From Chloroflexota bacterium (GTDB lineage: Bacteria > Chloroflexota > UBA11872 > VXOZ01), in NCBI GenBank assembly GCA_965221905.1, contig OZ244922.1, forward strand, positions 864,001 to 928,000: a stretch of DNA of 64,000 bases, read 5' to 3'. The position numbers were made by a program, and so were the translations under genes. Shown here piece after piece: positions 1 to 9,449 of the stretch (its first letter is position 1; each line of letters starts with the position of its first letter). The notes below the pieces were generated by a model. It made no database searches, was not told the origin of the DNA, and worked only from the letters and a program-made list of their open reading frames with translations.

Positions 1-383
1 AGGAGACTCAAGCCAAGGAAAAGACTAAAGAAGAGCGTGGGAAGGAGCGCGCCCCGCAGTACGGAGGCTGCAGTGAGCGACGAATCGGCGGCGCCGAAGA
101 AGCCGGTGTACGCCGCGAAGTGGTACAGGTGCAGTGCGGCAGTAACCCACAGACCCGCACTGATAAGCAGGAAAGCGTCGCGCTGCTCCGCACGGAACCG
201 CTGCAAAGCGAGCGCGCCGGCAGCCAGCGCAATCGCCACCGCAATGATTATGCTAAGAGCGTAGGTGGCCTCACCAAAAGTCGCGAAGGAACCGATGCGG
301 GCTACATAGACTATTGCCAAGATGATAAAAGCAGCCGCATACGCTGCGGTGCGCATTGGATTTTCTTGCAATACTGCCGCCAT
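1..383 (-). CDS. N-terminal part of an integral membrane protein (MASE3-like sensor region, possibly of a kinase or cyclase); runs off the left edge
   Basis: Manual translation from ATG at 383: MAAVLQENPMRTAAYAAAFIILAIVYV...FLLISAGLWVTAALHLYH..., with several hydrophobic helices and no stop before base 1, so it is absent from the ORF track. Confidence 0.6.
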   Translation of the reverse strand, partial: MAAVLQENPMRTAAYAAAFIILAIVYVARIGSFATFGEATYALSIIIAVAIALAAGALALQRFRAEQRDAFLLISAGLWVTAALHLYHFAAYTGFFGAADSSLTAASVLRGALLPTLFFSLFLGLSL

Positions 384-555
384 GTGAATTTGCTCTACGA
401 ATTTGTAGCTATAACGGCAGCGAGGCTGCGTTTATTGCGACACCGCTACGTGCTGCGCCCGAGATCCCGTTCGCACGGAGAATAGGTAGTTTTCATTCCC
501 GGCGCATGCTTGGGGTGATCCGGCGTTCGATTGGTGGTCCGACCGGTGGCCTACG

Positions 556-1434
556 CTAGCAATTGACGTCTTTGCCCTCGCTCCCGAACACGGCCATGCG
601 TTCATCCTGCTCGATTCGCTCGATGCCCGCCGGAATGAAATGAAATTGAAGCGCCCGGCGCCGGCTTTCGCTGCGATTTGCCGGTGTGCCGTGGTGCATG
701 AGTCCATCGAAGAAGAGCACACCGCCCGGTTCGAGCGGCACGGCCACGTCGCGATTGAGATCAAGATGGTCGTCGCAGATCTGCCAGTCGCGCCGACGAA
801 AGTGCACCATCGGCCCTTCTTTGTGGGTACCGGGTTTAACATGCATGCACCCATTCTCAAGCGTGGCTTCATCGAGCGCCGTCCACGTGCCCACAATCGG
901 CGTGCCCATCGGCAGGTTGAAGAAGGCGTGGTCTTGGTGCCAGGGCTTTTCGCGTCCGATGCCGGGCGGCTTGCTGAGAGCTTGGTCCGCAAAGAGTTCC
1001 GGCTCGGCCTCGATCAAGCGCCGGACGACGCGTTGCAGATTCGGATGGTCCGACATGGCTTTCATTCGCGGTTCGAACTCCACGAAGTGTTGCAGCTTGC
1101 GCACGCAATCAAGCTGCTGCTCCGGCGGCAAAGTGCGGACGTACTTCTTAGAAGCGGACTCAAACTGCACACCCCGGAACTCAGAGTACTTGCCAGTCAC
1201 GAGATCAACAAAGCCCGCAATCGCTTCTTGGATCTCCGCGGGCTTAAACACCTGCTGAATAACGAGGTAGCCGGTCTCGCGATAGAACGTGACGTGCTCA
1301 TCGGTGAAGTCGTCGATGTGGGTAATCCCAGTGGCGCAATTGTCGTAGCGGTAGAGCTGTTCGTTGTACTGCAGGGCCTCGTGTTCGTCGAACTTGAGCT
1401 CTACGGCAGTTGCTTGTTCCTGTGCTTGTGCCAT
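556..1434 (-). CDS. Phytanoyl-CoA dioxygenase (PhyH) family Fe(II)/2-oxoglutarate dioxygenase
   Basis: KPPGIGREKPWHQD (HxD), WTALDEATLENGCM and distal HHGTPAN...RRALQ motifs. Confidence 0.92.
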   Translation of the reverse strand: MAQAQEQATAVELKFDEHEALQYNEQLYRYDNCATGITHIDDFTDEHVTFYRETGYLVIQQVFKPAEIQEAIAGFVDLVTGKYSEFRGVQFESASKKYVRTLPPEQQLDCVRKLQHFVEFEPRMKAMSDHPNLQRVVRRLIEAEPELFADQALSKPPGIGREKPWHQDHAFFNLPMGTPIVGTWTALDEATLENGCMHVKPGTHKEGPMVHFRRRDWQICDDHLDLNRDVAVPLEPGGVLFFDGLMHHGTPANRSESRRRALQFHFIPAGIERIEQDERMAVFGSEGKDVNC

Positions 1435-1488
1435 GGTGCTGTCCTCGCGCGGGAGTGAGCAAGGGGAATACAGATTCGCCTGAGTATG

Positions 1489-1517
1489 ATGGTAGAACTG
1501 TCCCTGCCTAGTGTCAA
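1489..1517 (-). promoter_or_regulatory. Putative sigma70 promoter for the PhyH gene
   Basis: Minus strand reads TTGACA-17 nt-TACCAT. Confidence 0.55.
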
Positions 1518-1655
1518 GCTTGAATCTCTGTGGGGACCGGCGGGCGCTCGTCGCCTTTTGACCGGTATTCCGACAGGCTTCGTAGCCGCGCTTCCTTCGC
1601 AGGAACCAGAGAGCTTGCGCGTCCGCTCGACTGCGGTGCAGGCCTGCAATTGCAA

Positions 1656-1685
1656 CGTAGGGTCATGGCATGCCGTGACCCTACG
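1656..1685. repeat. GTAG-type REP-like palindrome
   Basis: CGTAGGGTCATGGCATGCCGTGACCCTACG, a near-perfect inverted repeat related to the copies at 12793 and 15488. Confidence 0.75.
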
Positions 1686-1893
1686 CACCCAAGCGCCATG
1701 TTCATTCCAACTGCGCAGACCGCACATCCCTTGGACGCCTTAGCGCGAACACATAGTTGATTCTCGGTGGGTTTGCCGCACAATCTCGCTTCGACGGCGA
1801 AAGTGACCGGCGAAATATCTAACGCTGACAGTTGCGGCGAATTGCTCAAAGCCACCACGAGCGGGTTGCCGGAAACCGTTTCCCCTTGTCTCC

Positions 1894-1919
1894 GGAGTCC
1901 GGTTTGCGCCGGCGTGACG
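1894..1919. repeat. Degenerate half copy of the CGTC-type REP doublet
   Basis: GGAGTCCGGTTTGCGCCGGCGTGACG matches the right half GGACTCCGGCTTGCGCCGGAGTGACG of the other copies. Confidence 0.55.
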
Positions 1920-2063
1920 GCGAGAACGGTGAAAGCTTCATCCTGCCGCAGCATAGGCGGGGAAGCTCTTCATCATTTGATACAATAGAACGAAGGCGAT
2001 CTGACCGGTCTCTCCCTAGCAAACGGCACACCGCAAAGTTGAGGCCGTAGCATCAGTCCCCGC

Positions 2064-3905
2064 GTGAAGCGGAATATATCTGATCAAGACAACATTGCTC
2101 CGAGTACGTTCTCTGTGAATCAACAACACATCCGCAACTTCTGCATCATCGCGCACATCGACCATGGCAAGTCCACGTTGGCGGACCGGCTATTGGAGAA
2201 GACCGGCGCGCTCGACGCCCGCAAAGTCGTGGAGCAGTCGCTCGATTCGATGGAACTCGAGCGCGAGCGCGGCATTACGATCAAGGCCAAAGCCGTGCGC
2301 ATGCTCTACGCGGAGGCTAACGGCCAGACCTACGAATTGAACCTGATCGACACGCCAGGGCACGTGGACTTCGCCTATGAGGTGTCGCGCGCGCTCTCGG
2401 CCTGCGAAGGCGTGCTGCTTGTCGTGGACGCCTCACAGGGCATCGAGGCGCAGACGCTGACTAATCTCTACCAAGCGCTCAACCACGACCTCACCGTGAT
2501 TCCCGTAATCAACAAGATCGATCTCCCCAGTGCGCAGCCCGATATGGTAGCGGCAGAGTTGGAGAACCTCGGTTTCACACACGAGGAGATGATCTATACC
2601 TCCGCCAAGACCGGTCTGGGTACCGATGAGGTGCTGGCGGCAATCGTGGAGCGCATCGCGCCGCCGTCCGGTGCTGAAGCAGCGGCTACCCGCGCGCTCA
2701 TCTTCGACTCGCACTACGATCTCCATAAAGGGGTTGTTGCGTACGTGCGCGTGGTGGAGGGCGCCCTGACGGCCGGTCAAGAGATTTTGCTGATGCAATC
2801 CGGCGCGCGTTCCGAGGCGATGGAGATCGGCACCTTTCGCCCCCATCCGGTCAAGGAGACGCGCCTTGCCACCGGCGAGGTAGGCTACGTTGCAAGCGGC
2901 CTCAAGACACTGCGCGAGTGCCAGGTGGGCGATACGATCACGGCGGCGTCCGCAGCGGCGGCACAGCCCCTTCCCGGCTATCAACCGGCCAAGCCGATGG
3001 TATTCGCGGGGTTCTATACGATGGAGAGCGAGGACTACGAACCGCTGCGCGACGCTCTGGATAAGCTCAAGCTCAACGACGCGGCGCTGACCTATGTGCC
3101 GGAAACGAGCCCGGCGCTCGGCTTTGGCTTTCGCTGCGGCTGTTTGGGACTGCTCCACCTGGACATCGTGCAGCAGCGGCTGGAGCGCGAATACGGTCTG
3201 GAAATCCTTACCACTCTGCCGAATACCGAGTACCGCGCCGTCACCACCGGCGGCAAGATCGTGGCGGTGGATACGCCGGCGCAGCTACCGGACCCGTCGG
3301 ATCTCGATCGCATCGAGGAACCGTGGGTCGAGCTAAATCTCATCACACCGTCCGGTTACATTGGGTCCATCATGGACTTGTGCGAAAACCGGCGCGGCGC
3401 GTTCAAGGCGCTTGAATACTTGGACGAGCGGCGCGCAATTCTAAAATACGAGGTGCCGTTTGCCGAGATTCTTACCGACTTTTACGACCAACTGAAGACT
3501 CGCAGCCAAGGCTATGCCAGCATGGATTATACGGTGACGGGCATGCGGCCCGGCGACCTGGTGAAGCTGGAAATTCTCGTGAACGGCCAGCCTGTGGACG
3601 CCCTTTCCAGCATCATTCCCCGCGATCGCTCGCAGCAGGTCGGACGGGGCTTGGTCGAGGAATTGCGCAGACAGATACCGCGCCAGCTCTTCGAGGTGCC
3701 CCTACAGGCCGCCATTAGCGGCCGCATCATCAGCCGGGAGACCATCCCGGCCCTGCGCAAGAACGTGCTTGCCAAATGCTACGGCGGCGACGTGACCCGC
3801 AAGCGCAAGCTGCTGGAAAAACAGAAAGAAGGCAAGAAGCGTATGAAGCGGATCGGCCAGGTCGAGATACCGCAAGAGGCGTTCCTGGCGCTGCTGAAGG
3901 TGTAG
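2064..3905 (+). CDS. lepA: Translation elongation factor 4 (LepA); true start may be GTG near 2115
   Basis: [43 protein letters not shown] and C-terminal [25 protein letters not shown]. Confidence 0.98.
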   Translation: MKRNISDQDNIAPSTFSVNQQHIRNFCIIAHIDHGKSTLADRLLEKTGALDARKVVEQSLDSMELERERGITIKAKAVRMLYAEANGQTYELNLIDTPGHVDFAYEVSRALSACEGVLLVVDASQGIEAQTLTNLYQALNHDLTVIPVINKIDLPSAQPDMVAAELENLGFTHEEMIYTSAKTGLGTDEVLAAIVERIAPPSGAEAAATRALIFDSHYDLHKGVVAYVRVVEGALTAGQEILLMQSGARSEAMEIGTFRPHPVKETRLATGEVGYVASGLKTLRECQVGDTITAASAAAAQPLPGYQPAKPMVFAGFYTMESEDYEPLRDALDKLKLNDAALTYVPETSPALGFGFRCGCLGLLHLDIVQQRLEREYGLEILTTLPNTEYRAVTTGGKIVAVDTPAQLPDPSDLDRIEEPWVELNLITPSGYIGSIMDLCENRRGAFKALEYLDERRAILKYEVPFAEILTDFYDQLKTRSQGYASMDYTVTGMRPGDLVKLEILVNGQPVDALSSIIPRDRSQQVGRGLVEELRRQIPRQLFEVPLQAAISGRIISRETIPALRKNVLAKCYGGDVTRKRKLLEKQKEGKKRMKRIGQVEIPQEAFLALLKV

Positions 3906-4115
3906 TTCGGTGTGTGAAGGCGTAGTTCAAGGATTTTGAGAGAGTTACGCTAAGGTAGAAGTCGGCCCAATCGTGTGGCATGGAAGGTGCGTGCGAGCAC
4001 AAGTCGTACCGAAGGACTATCCACAAATCAAGACCCAAACAAGTGCAATGCAAATGAGGCCCGCAGCGGGCGGCCCTCGCGTGCGTGATGACTAACCCAA
4101 GAGGAGCATGACCAA

Positions 4116-5942
4116 TTGATTGAAACACCAGAAGCGACGAACACAAAGCAAAATACCGGCGCGGAGGCGGTGCGTTGGGACTTGGCGGACCTTTACGCCG
4201 CGCCGGACGATCCCGCGATAGAGTCGGATTTCAAAGCAGCGTTGGCGCAGGCAGAGGTGTTCCAAGAACGCTACAAAGGCCGCATTGCCTCAGGGGAGAT
4301 CACGCCGGACGAGTTCTTGGCGGCAGTTGAAGAAATCGAGCGGATCTTCATGTGCGGCCATAAGGCCATAATGTTCGCGCATCTGGTCTTCTCGGTGGAT
4401 ACGGCCGACCCGGCACACGGGGCCTTGCTGCAGCGCACGGAGGAGCAGGTAACCGCGGTGCAGAACGCGCTGCTCTTCTTCGACGTCGAGTGGCGGCAGG
4501 CGGACGGCGCCTTTGCCCAGCGCATCTTGGCGCATCCGCCGCTGGCACGTTACGCCCACTCGCTCGCGCACGAACGGGTGTTTGCGCGCCACACTCTCAC
4601 AGAAGCCGAGGAGAAGCTCGCCGCCGAGAAGCGCCTCACCGGAATCAGCGCCTTCCAGAGGCTCTTCGACGAGCGCACCAGCCGCCTGCGCCAGACCATG
4701 ACGGTCGACGGCGAGCGCAAGGAGATGAACGAGACCGAACTCCTGGCCCTGCTTTACCACGAGGATCGCGGCGTGCGGCGGCGTGCCCAGGTCGCCATGA
4801 CCAAGGCGCTGCAAGGCGATGCCCACATTCTCACTTTCATCTTCAACGTCGCGGCGCAAGAGAAGGCCATTGAGGACCGTTTGCGGGACTTTCCAGATCC
4901 GATGTCGTCGCGCAACATGGGAAACGAGGTTGACGACGCCACGGCCCACGCCATGCTCGACGCGGTGACGCAACGCTACGACATCGTGGCCGATTACTAC
5001 ACGCTTAAGCGCCGCATGCTGGGCTACCGCAAACTCTACGACTACGACCGCTACGCGCCGGTATTTCCCACGCCGGAAGGCGGTGTCAGCTTTGCTGAGG
5101 CCAAGGCGCTCGTGCTGGATGCCTACCATGCGTTTTCCCCTGAGGTGGGAAACCTGGCCGGAGAGTTCTTCGAGAAACAATGGATCGATGCTGCTGTCTT
5201 ACCCAGCAAGCGCGGCGGCGCGTACTGCCAGCCCTGCTTGCCGAGCCTGCACCCTTACGTTTTCCTCAACTACACCGGCAATCAGCGCGACGTGATGACA
5301 CTGGCCCACGAGCTCGGCCACGGCATCCACGCCCGCCTCTCCCGCGAGCAATCGTACCTTGAATTCGGTACGTCTCTGGTGGTGGCGGAGCTTGCAAGCA
5401 CGTTTGGGGAGATGCTGACGTTCCACGAGCTCATGGAGCGCACCACCGACCCACGGGTGCGCTTGACCTTGCTGGCGCAGAAGATCGAGGATTCGTTTGC
5501 CACGGTCTTCCGACAGGCGGCGATGCACCAATTTGAGTACGGGCTGCACACCCGCCGCCGCAGCGAGGGCGAACTCACCACGGAAACCATCGGCGAAATC
5601 TGGATGGAGCAGCAGTCGGCGATGTTCGGCGACTCCGTGGTTATGACGGAGAACTACCGGCACTGGTGGGCGTATATTCCGCACTTCATCCACGTGCCGT
5701 TCTACGTCTACGCCTATCCCTTCGGCGAACTGCTCTCGCTCTCCCTCTACCATGCGTATCAGCAGCAAGGCGCGCCCTTTGTGGACGTGTATCGCGGCAT
5801 GCTGGCGGCAGGCGGCAGCGAAACTCCCGCGCAACTCATGCAACGTGCAAACATAAACACCGCCGATCCCGCCTTCTGGCACGGCGGCCTGGACATAATC
5901 CACGACATGGTGCAAGAGGCGAAGGCGCTGGCTCAGGCGTGA
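4116..5942 (+). CDS. M3B oligoendopeptidase F family metallopeptidase
   Basis: N-terminal WDLADLY, KRGGAYC, TLAHELGHGIH (HExxH), AELASTFGE, WAYIPHF..PFYVYAY. Confidence 0.95.
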   Translation: MIETPEATNTKQNTGAEAVRWDLADLYAAPDDPAIESDFKAALAQAEVFQERYKGRIASGEITPDEFLAAVEEIERIFMCGHKAIMFAHLVFSVDTADPAHGALLQRTEEQVTAVQNALLFFDVEWRQADGAFAQRILAHPPLARYAHSLAHERVFARHTLTEAEEKLAAEKRLTGISAFQRLFDERTSRLRQTMTVDGERKEMNETELLALLYHEDRGVRRRAQVAMTKALQGDAHILTFIFNVAAQEKAIEDRLRDFPDPMSSRNMGNEVDDATAHAMLDAVTQRYDIVADYYTLKRRMLGYRKLYDYDRYAPVFPTPEGGVSFAEAKALVLDAYHAFSPEVGNLAGEFFEKQWIDAAVLPSKRGGAYCQPCLPSLHPYVFLNYTGNQRDVMTLAHELGHGIHARLSREQSYLEFGTSLVVAELASTFGEMLTFHELMERTTDPRVRLTLLAQKIEDSFATVFRQAAMHQFEYGLHTRRRSEGELTTETIGEIWMEQQSAMFGDSVVMTENYRHWWAYIPHFIHVPFYVYAYPFGELLSLSLYHAYQQQGAPFVDVYRGMLAAGGSETPAQLMQRANINTADPAFWHGGLDIIHDMVQEAKALAQA

Positions 5943-6112
5943 GGAGCAAGATCTGATTTTGCTGATGAGTTGAGAAACTGAGTTATAATGTTGCTTGAGT
6001 GATTGTTGTCCAAAGCCCGCAACAGGTGCTTGGATGGCGATTCACGAGTTCTTAGCTTACAAAGCCGAATGCTTCTTCACAGATAAATTCGGGCTTGCGG
6101 AGTAGCTGACTC

Positions 6113-7204
6113 ATGATTGAAGTAGCAGATTCGAGAAGTGATACTGAGGTTGAAGATAGCCTTGCTACAGAGGAAGATATTCCCTTTAAGTACTCGATTA
6201 CGAGCTATGGGGCCGACTTCACGCTCGACGGTTTGGTGCGACGCATTCAGGACGGAGACGTTGTAGTCCCGTCCTTTCAACGTGGCTACGTTTGGAATAA
6301 GAAGCAAGCCTCCCTGCTTATTGAGTCCTTTCTAATGGGATTGCCTGTACCGGGAATCTTTCTTTCTCAGGAAGAAGACCAGACACTGCTTGTGATTGAT
6401 GGACAGCAACGCTTACGAACGCTTCAGTATTACTACGAAGGATCCTTTGGTCCGGAGAGTCCCCGCTTATCGGGCAAGAAGTTTGCGCTCACCGACGTTA
6501 GTGATGCATTCGAGGGCAAGACCTGTGAGACGCTTACTCCCCAAGACCGACGACAACTCGACAATTCTCTTTTGCATGCGACAATTGTCAGGCAAAATGA
6601 GCCCAAAGATGGCAACAGCAGCATCTATCTTCTCTTTGAGCGCCTAAATACTCAAGGAGTTCAACTACAACCGCAGGAGATTCGCAATTCTATCTATCGT
6701 GGGGCATTCAACGAGATGCTCAAGGACTTGAACGAGAACCAGGCCTGGCGCCACATTTTTGGAAATATACATACTCGCGCCAAAGATCAAGAGCTAATTC
6801 TGCGATTTCTTGCCCTATATTTCGATGGTGATAAGTATTCGAGGCCGATGAAGAAGTTTCTCAATGACTATATGGATAAGAATCGAAGCCTAGGAACTAA
6901 CACGCGCCAAGATATAAGTCAGGCTTTCCTGCCCACAATAGAACTGATTGACAGTGCGCTAGGAAGAAAGGCATTCCGACCCACGGCAGCATTGAATGCA
7001 GCAGTCTTCGATGCAGTAATGGTTGCTACCGTAAAGAGACTCGAGCGAGGCGCAATCGCCAGTCTAGGAGAGTTCGAGGAAACATACGATGAGCTGCTAA
7101 GTAACGATGAGTTTATCTCGTTTACAAGAAGTGGCACAACGGATGTAGTTCGCGTTCGCCGAAGACTTGATTTGGCCACTGTTGCATTTTCTGACGTGTG
7201 TTGA
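6113..7204 (+). CDS. DUF262 (ParB/GmrS-like) domain protein, putative defence component
   Basis: PSFQRGYVW, LIESFLMGLPVP, VIDGQQRL and FERLN motifs; visibly AT-richer than the flanks. Confidence 0.9.
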   Translation: MIEVADSRSDTEVEDSLATEEDIPFKYSITSYGADFTLDGLVRRIQDGDVVVPSFQRGYVWNKKQASLLIESFLMGLPVPGIFLSQEEDQTLLVIDGQQRLRTLQYYYEGSFGPESPRLSGKKFALTDVSDAFEGKTCETLTPQDRRQLDNSLLHATIVRQNEPKDGNSSIYLLFERLNTQGVQLQPQEIRNSIYRGAFNEMLKDLNENQAWRHIFGNIHTRAKDQELILRFLALYFDGDKYSRPMKKFLNDYMDKNRSLGTNTRQDISQAFLPTIELIDSALGRKAFRPTAALNAAVFDAVMVATVKRLERGAIASLGEFEETYDELLSNDEFISFTRSGTTDVVRVRRRLDLATVAFSDVC

Positions 7205-7665
7205 TGCGAGAACGACAGTCATACCGAAATCGTCTTGACAATCTGATTAGTCAGATTCCAACCCTCTCAAGTGACCTCTATCTTCAGTCTAATCTTGTAA
7301 AATTCGCGTGTGTGTTGGTCTGCGGATATGTCGAAGTCTCCTTGCGCGATGTATTGCAAGAATATACGAGAAAAAGAGCTTCGGTCGAAGTCGGAAAGTA
7401 CGCTAATAGACAGTTAGAACGAATTCGAAATCCGAAGATGGAGGTTATCCTGGAGTTAGTGGGTGCGTTTAGTCAGGACTGGAAAAAGAGTATGGAGAGT
7501 GAAACGCAGGGAAGACTCAAGCTCCACGTGGACTCATTAGTCAATGACCGGAATTTGATTGCGCATGGCAAGGACGTCGGATTGAGTTACGTCCAGTTAC
7601 AGGGTTATTATCGAAGTGCACTAGCAGTAATCGAACTCATCGAAAAGCACTGCAACGCTGGCTAA
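7204..7665 (+). CDS. HEPN-domain protein (RiboL-PSP/MAE_28990-like), putative RNase effector
   Basis: R-x4-H motif RNLIAHG and upstream CGYVE helix; ATG overlaps the DUF262 stop (TGATG). Confidence 0.85.
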   Translation: MRERQSYRNRLDNLISQIPTLSSDLYLQSNLVKFACVLVCGYVEVSLRDVLQEYTRKRASVEVGKYANRQLERIRNPKMEVILELVGAFSQDWKKSMESETQGRLKLHVDSLVNDRNLIAHGKDVGLSYVQLQGYYRSALAVIELIEKHCNAG

Positions 7666-7830
7666 CTCTTGTCCCATTGTCTGCGCAAAGACCTGCACAT
7701 TCTTGCCCCGGGCTAGTTATCCAAAGGCGCATAGGGAGCGATCGTAATTGCGGCACTCCTGCGACTAAACCGTGCCACCCACTAAGGGAAGGCTGGTTGG
7801 TCGCCTTCTCGCTTTAGGTGCGCGAACAAC

Positions 7831-8274
7831 TTAGCGTTTGGTAGCTTCCTTATTTAGCCTTGTGAAGAATTGCTTCATGAGCAGTTTGGCGGCTTGCTTC
7901 ATGAGGCGTTGGCCGACGCGGGCCAGGGTGCCGCCGGCTTGGGCGTCGCCTGCTACGTGGATGGTGGTGGCGCCGGGCTTGTCCTCGGTCAGCGTAAAAG
8001 CTCCTTCGCCTTTCACAAAGCCCGGGCCGCCCTTGCCTTCCACGATCATGCGATAGCCGTTGGGCGGGTCGCGGTCAGCCACCGCCACCGTGCCCTGGTA
8101 GCGGCCCTTGATGCCGGCCACGCCCACGTTCAGGGTCGCCGCAAAGGTATCCTCGCCGGTCGGTTCCAGCTTCTCGCAACCGGGAATGCACGCCGCCAGC
8201 ACGTCGGGGTCCTGCATTAGCTCCCAGACGCGATCTTTCCCCGCCTTGATCGTGAACGTGCCTTCTACCTTCAT
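7831..8274 (-). CDS. coxG: CoxG / SRPBCC family accessory protein
   Basis: MKVEGTFTI...DPDVLAACIPGCE...GGTLARVGQRL; divergent from coxSLM; ATG 8274 follows AAAGGGA. Confidence 0.88.
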   Translation of the reverse strand: MKVEGTFTIKAGKDRVWELMQDPDVLAACIPGCEKLEPTGEDTFAATLNVGVAGIKGRYQGTVAVADRDPPNGYRMIVEGKGGPGFVKGEGAFTLTEDKPGATTIHVAGDAQAGGTLARVGQRLMKQAAKLLMKQFFTRLNKEATKR

Positions 8275-8426
8275 GCGACATCCCTTTGCTCGGTATCCTT
8301 GGCTTTTTGCTATCCCAATCATACCGCCAACCATGATCGGCATCCTAATGTCTTGAAAGGCTTGTGCCATTCCAATCTTTCAATGTTATAAGGCTGTCGC
8401 TACCATTATTCATTGGATACGCCCAA

Positions 8427-8482
8427 CCGTTCATACATCGACCCTTCGGCAGGCTCAGGACAGGCAAGCTCAGCACGAACGG
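8427..8482. repeat. REP-like element CCGTTC...GCTCAGCACGAACGG containing an internal CCCTTCGGCAGGCTCAGGACAGG unit
   Basis: Terminal CCGTTC/GAACGG inverted ends and two GCTCAG cores; degenerate CCGTT/ACGGAC echoes follow to about 8610. Confidence 0.5.
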
Positions 8483-8738
8483 CTGGTATTCGCTCAGGTG
8501 TTGCTCTTGGATACTACTACTAATCCGTTACTTCAACGGCCTCCGGAAGGACCGTCCGTTGCTGTCGACAGACGGACTTTGGGTTGGCCAACTTGCTGCG
8601 AACGGACTTCTCAGCCACTTGCGACTCATAATTGGCCTCTTTCATAAGTGATAGACACGTGTGTAATCATGGCGCAGTTGGTATACTAGACCAAATATTC
8701 TGGAGCATGCAGGCGCGCTTTGCGTAGGGGGTAGCGGT

Positions 8739-9215
8739 ATGCCCAATGAGATTTCGGTAACGATAAACGGCACACGTCGCACAAGCAGTGTCGAGCCGCG
8801 CACGTTGCTGGTGCACTATTTGCGTGACGACTTGGGACTCACCGGCACGCACGTTGGTTGCGATACCAGTCAATGCGGCGCGTGCACGGTGGTTGTGGAT
8901 GGCGCGGCGGTCAAGTCCTGTACGGTGCTTGCGGTGCAGGCGGACGGCGCCGAGGTAGTCACCATCGAAGGCCTGGCGCAGGATGGCAAGCTGCACCCGT
9001 TGCAGGAAGGCTTCTGGGAAGAGCACGGCTTGCAGTGCGGCTTCTGTACGCCCGGCGTCATTATGACCCTCCACCAGGTGTTGGAGGAAGAGCCGGACCC
9101 GAGCGAACAGGAGATTCGGCACAAGCTGGCAGGCAATATCTGCCGCTGCACCGGCTATCAGAACATCGTGAAAGCGGCCCAATTTGCCGCGCAGCGCATG
9201 CAGGAGCAGGCCTAA
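8739..9215 (+). CDS. coxS: (2Fe-2S) small subunit of a CO dehydrogenase/xanthine dehydrogenase-type molybdoenzyme
   Basis: [20 protein letters not shown] and GNICRCTGY. Confidence 0.95.
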   Translation: MPNEISVTINGTRRTSSVEPRTLLVHYLRDDLGLTGTHVGCDTSQCGACTVVVDGAAVKSCTVLAVQADGAEVVTIEGLAQDGKLHPLQEGFWEEHGLQCGFCTPGVIMTLHQVLEEEPDPSEQEIRHKLAGNICRCTGYQNIVKAAQFAAQRMQEQA

Positions 9216-9449
9216 TAGCGCCAACGGCGTTTGCGGTTTAGGCGGTGCGCGAGAGATGACCGGAGGCGGACTCCACCCGCTGCGCATACTCGATGAAACA
9301 GCCGCAAGCAGTCCGGTTGTCAAAGATGGGGGCCTCTTGCCATACCGAATTTGCAGACACAACCGGAAGTGCTCGTAGAGTAAAACTCACGAAAGAACAG
9401 TCCACCCAGTAACGGCGTCGGCCAGGTGCGTAAGTAAAGGAGCGAGGCG

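Noticed and set aside
1520-1960. Long structured intergenic region as possible RNase P, tmRNA or 6S RNA
   Set aside because: No GAGGAAAGTCC or tmRNA terminal motifs; the structure is explained by REP remnants and promoters.
3120-3160. LepA GFRCGCLG instead of the usual GFRCGFLG
   Set aside because: A single substitution in an otherwise intact gene; cannot be distinguished from lineage variation or sequencing error.
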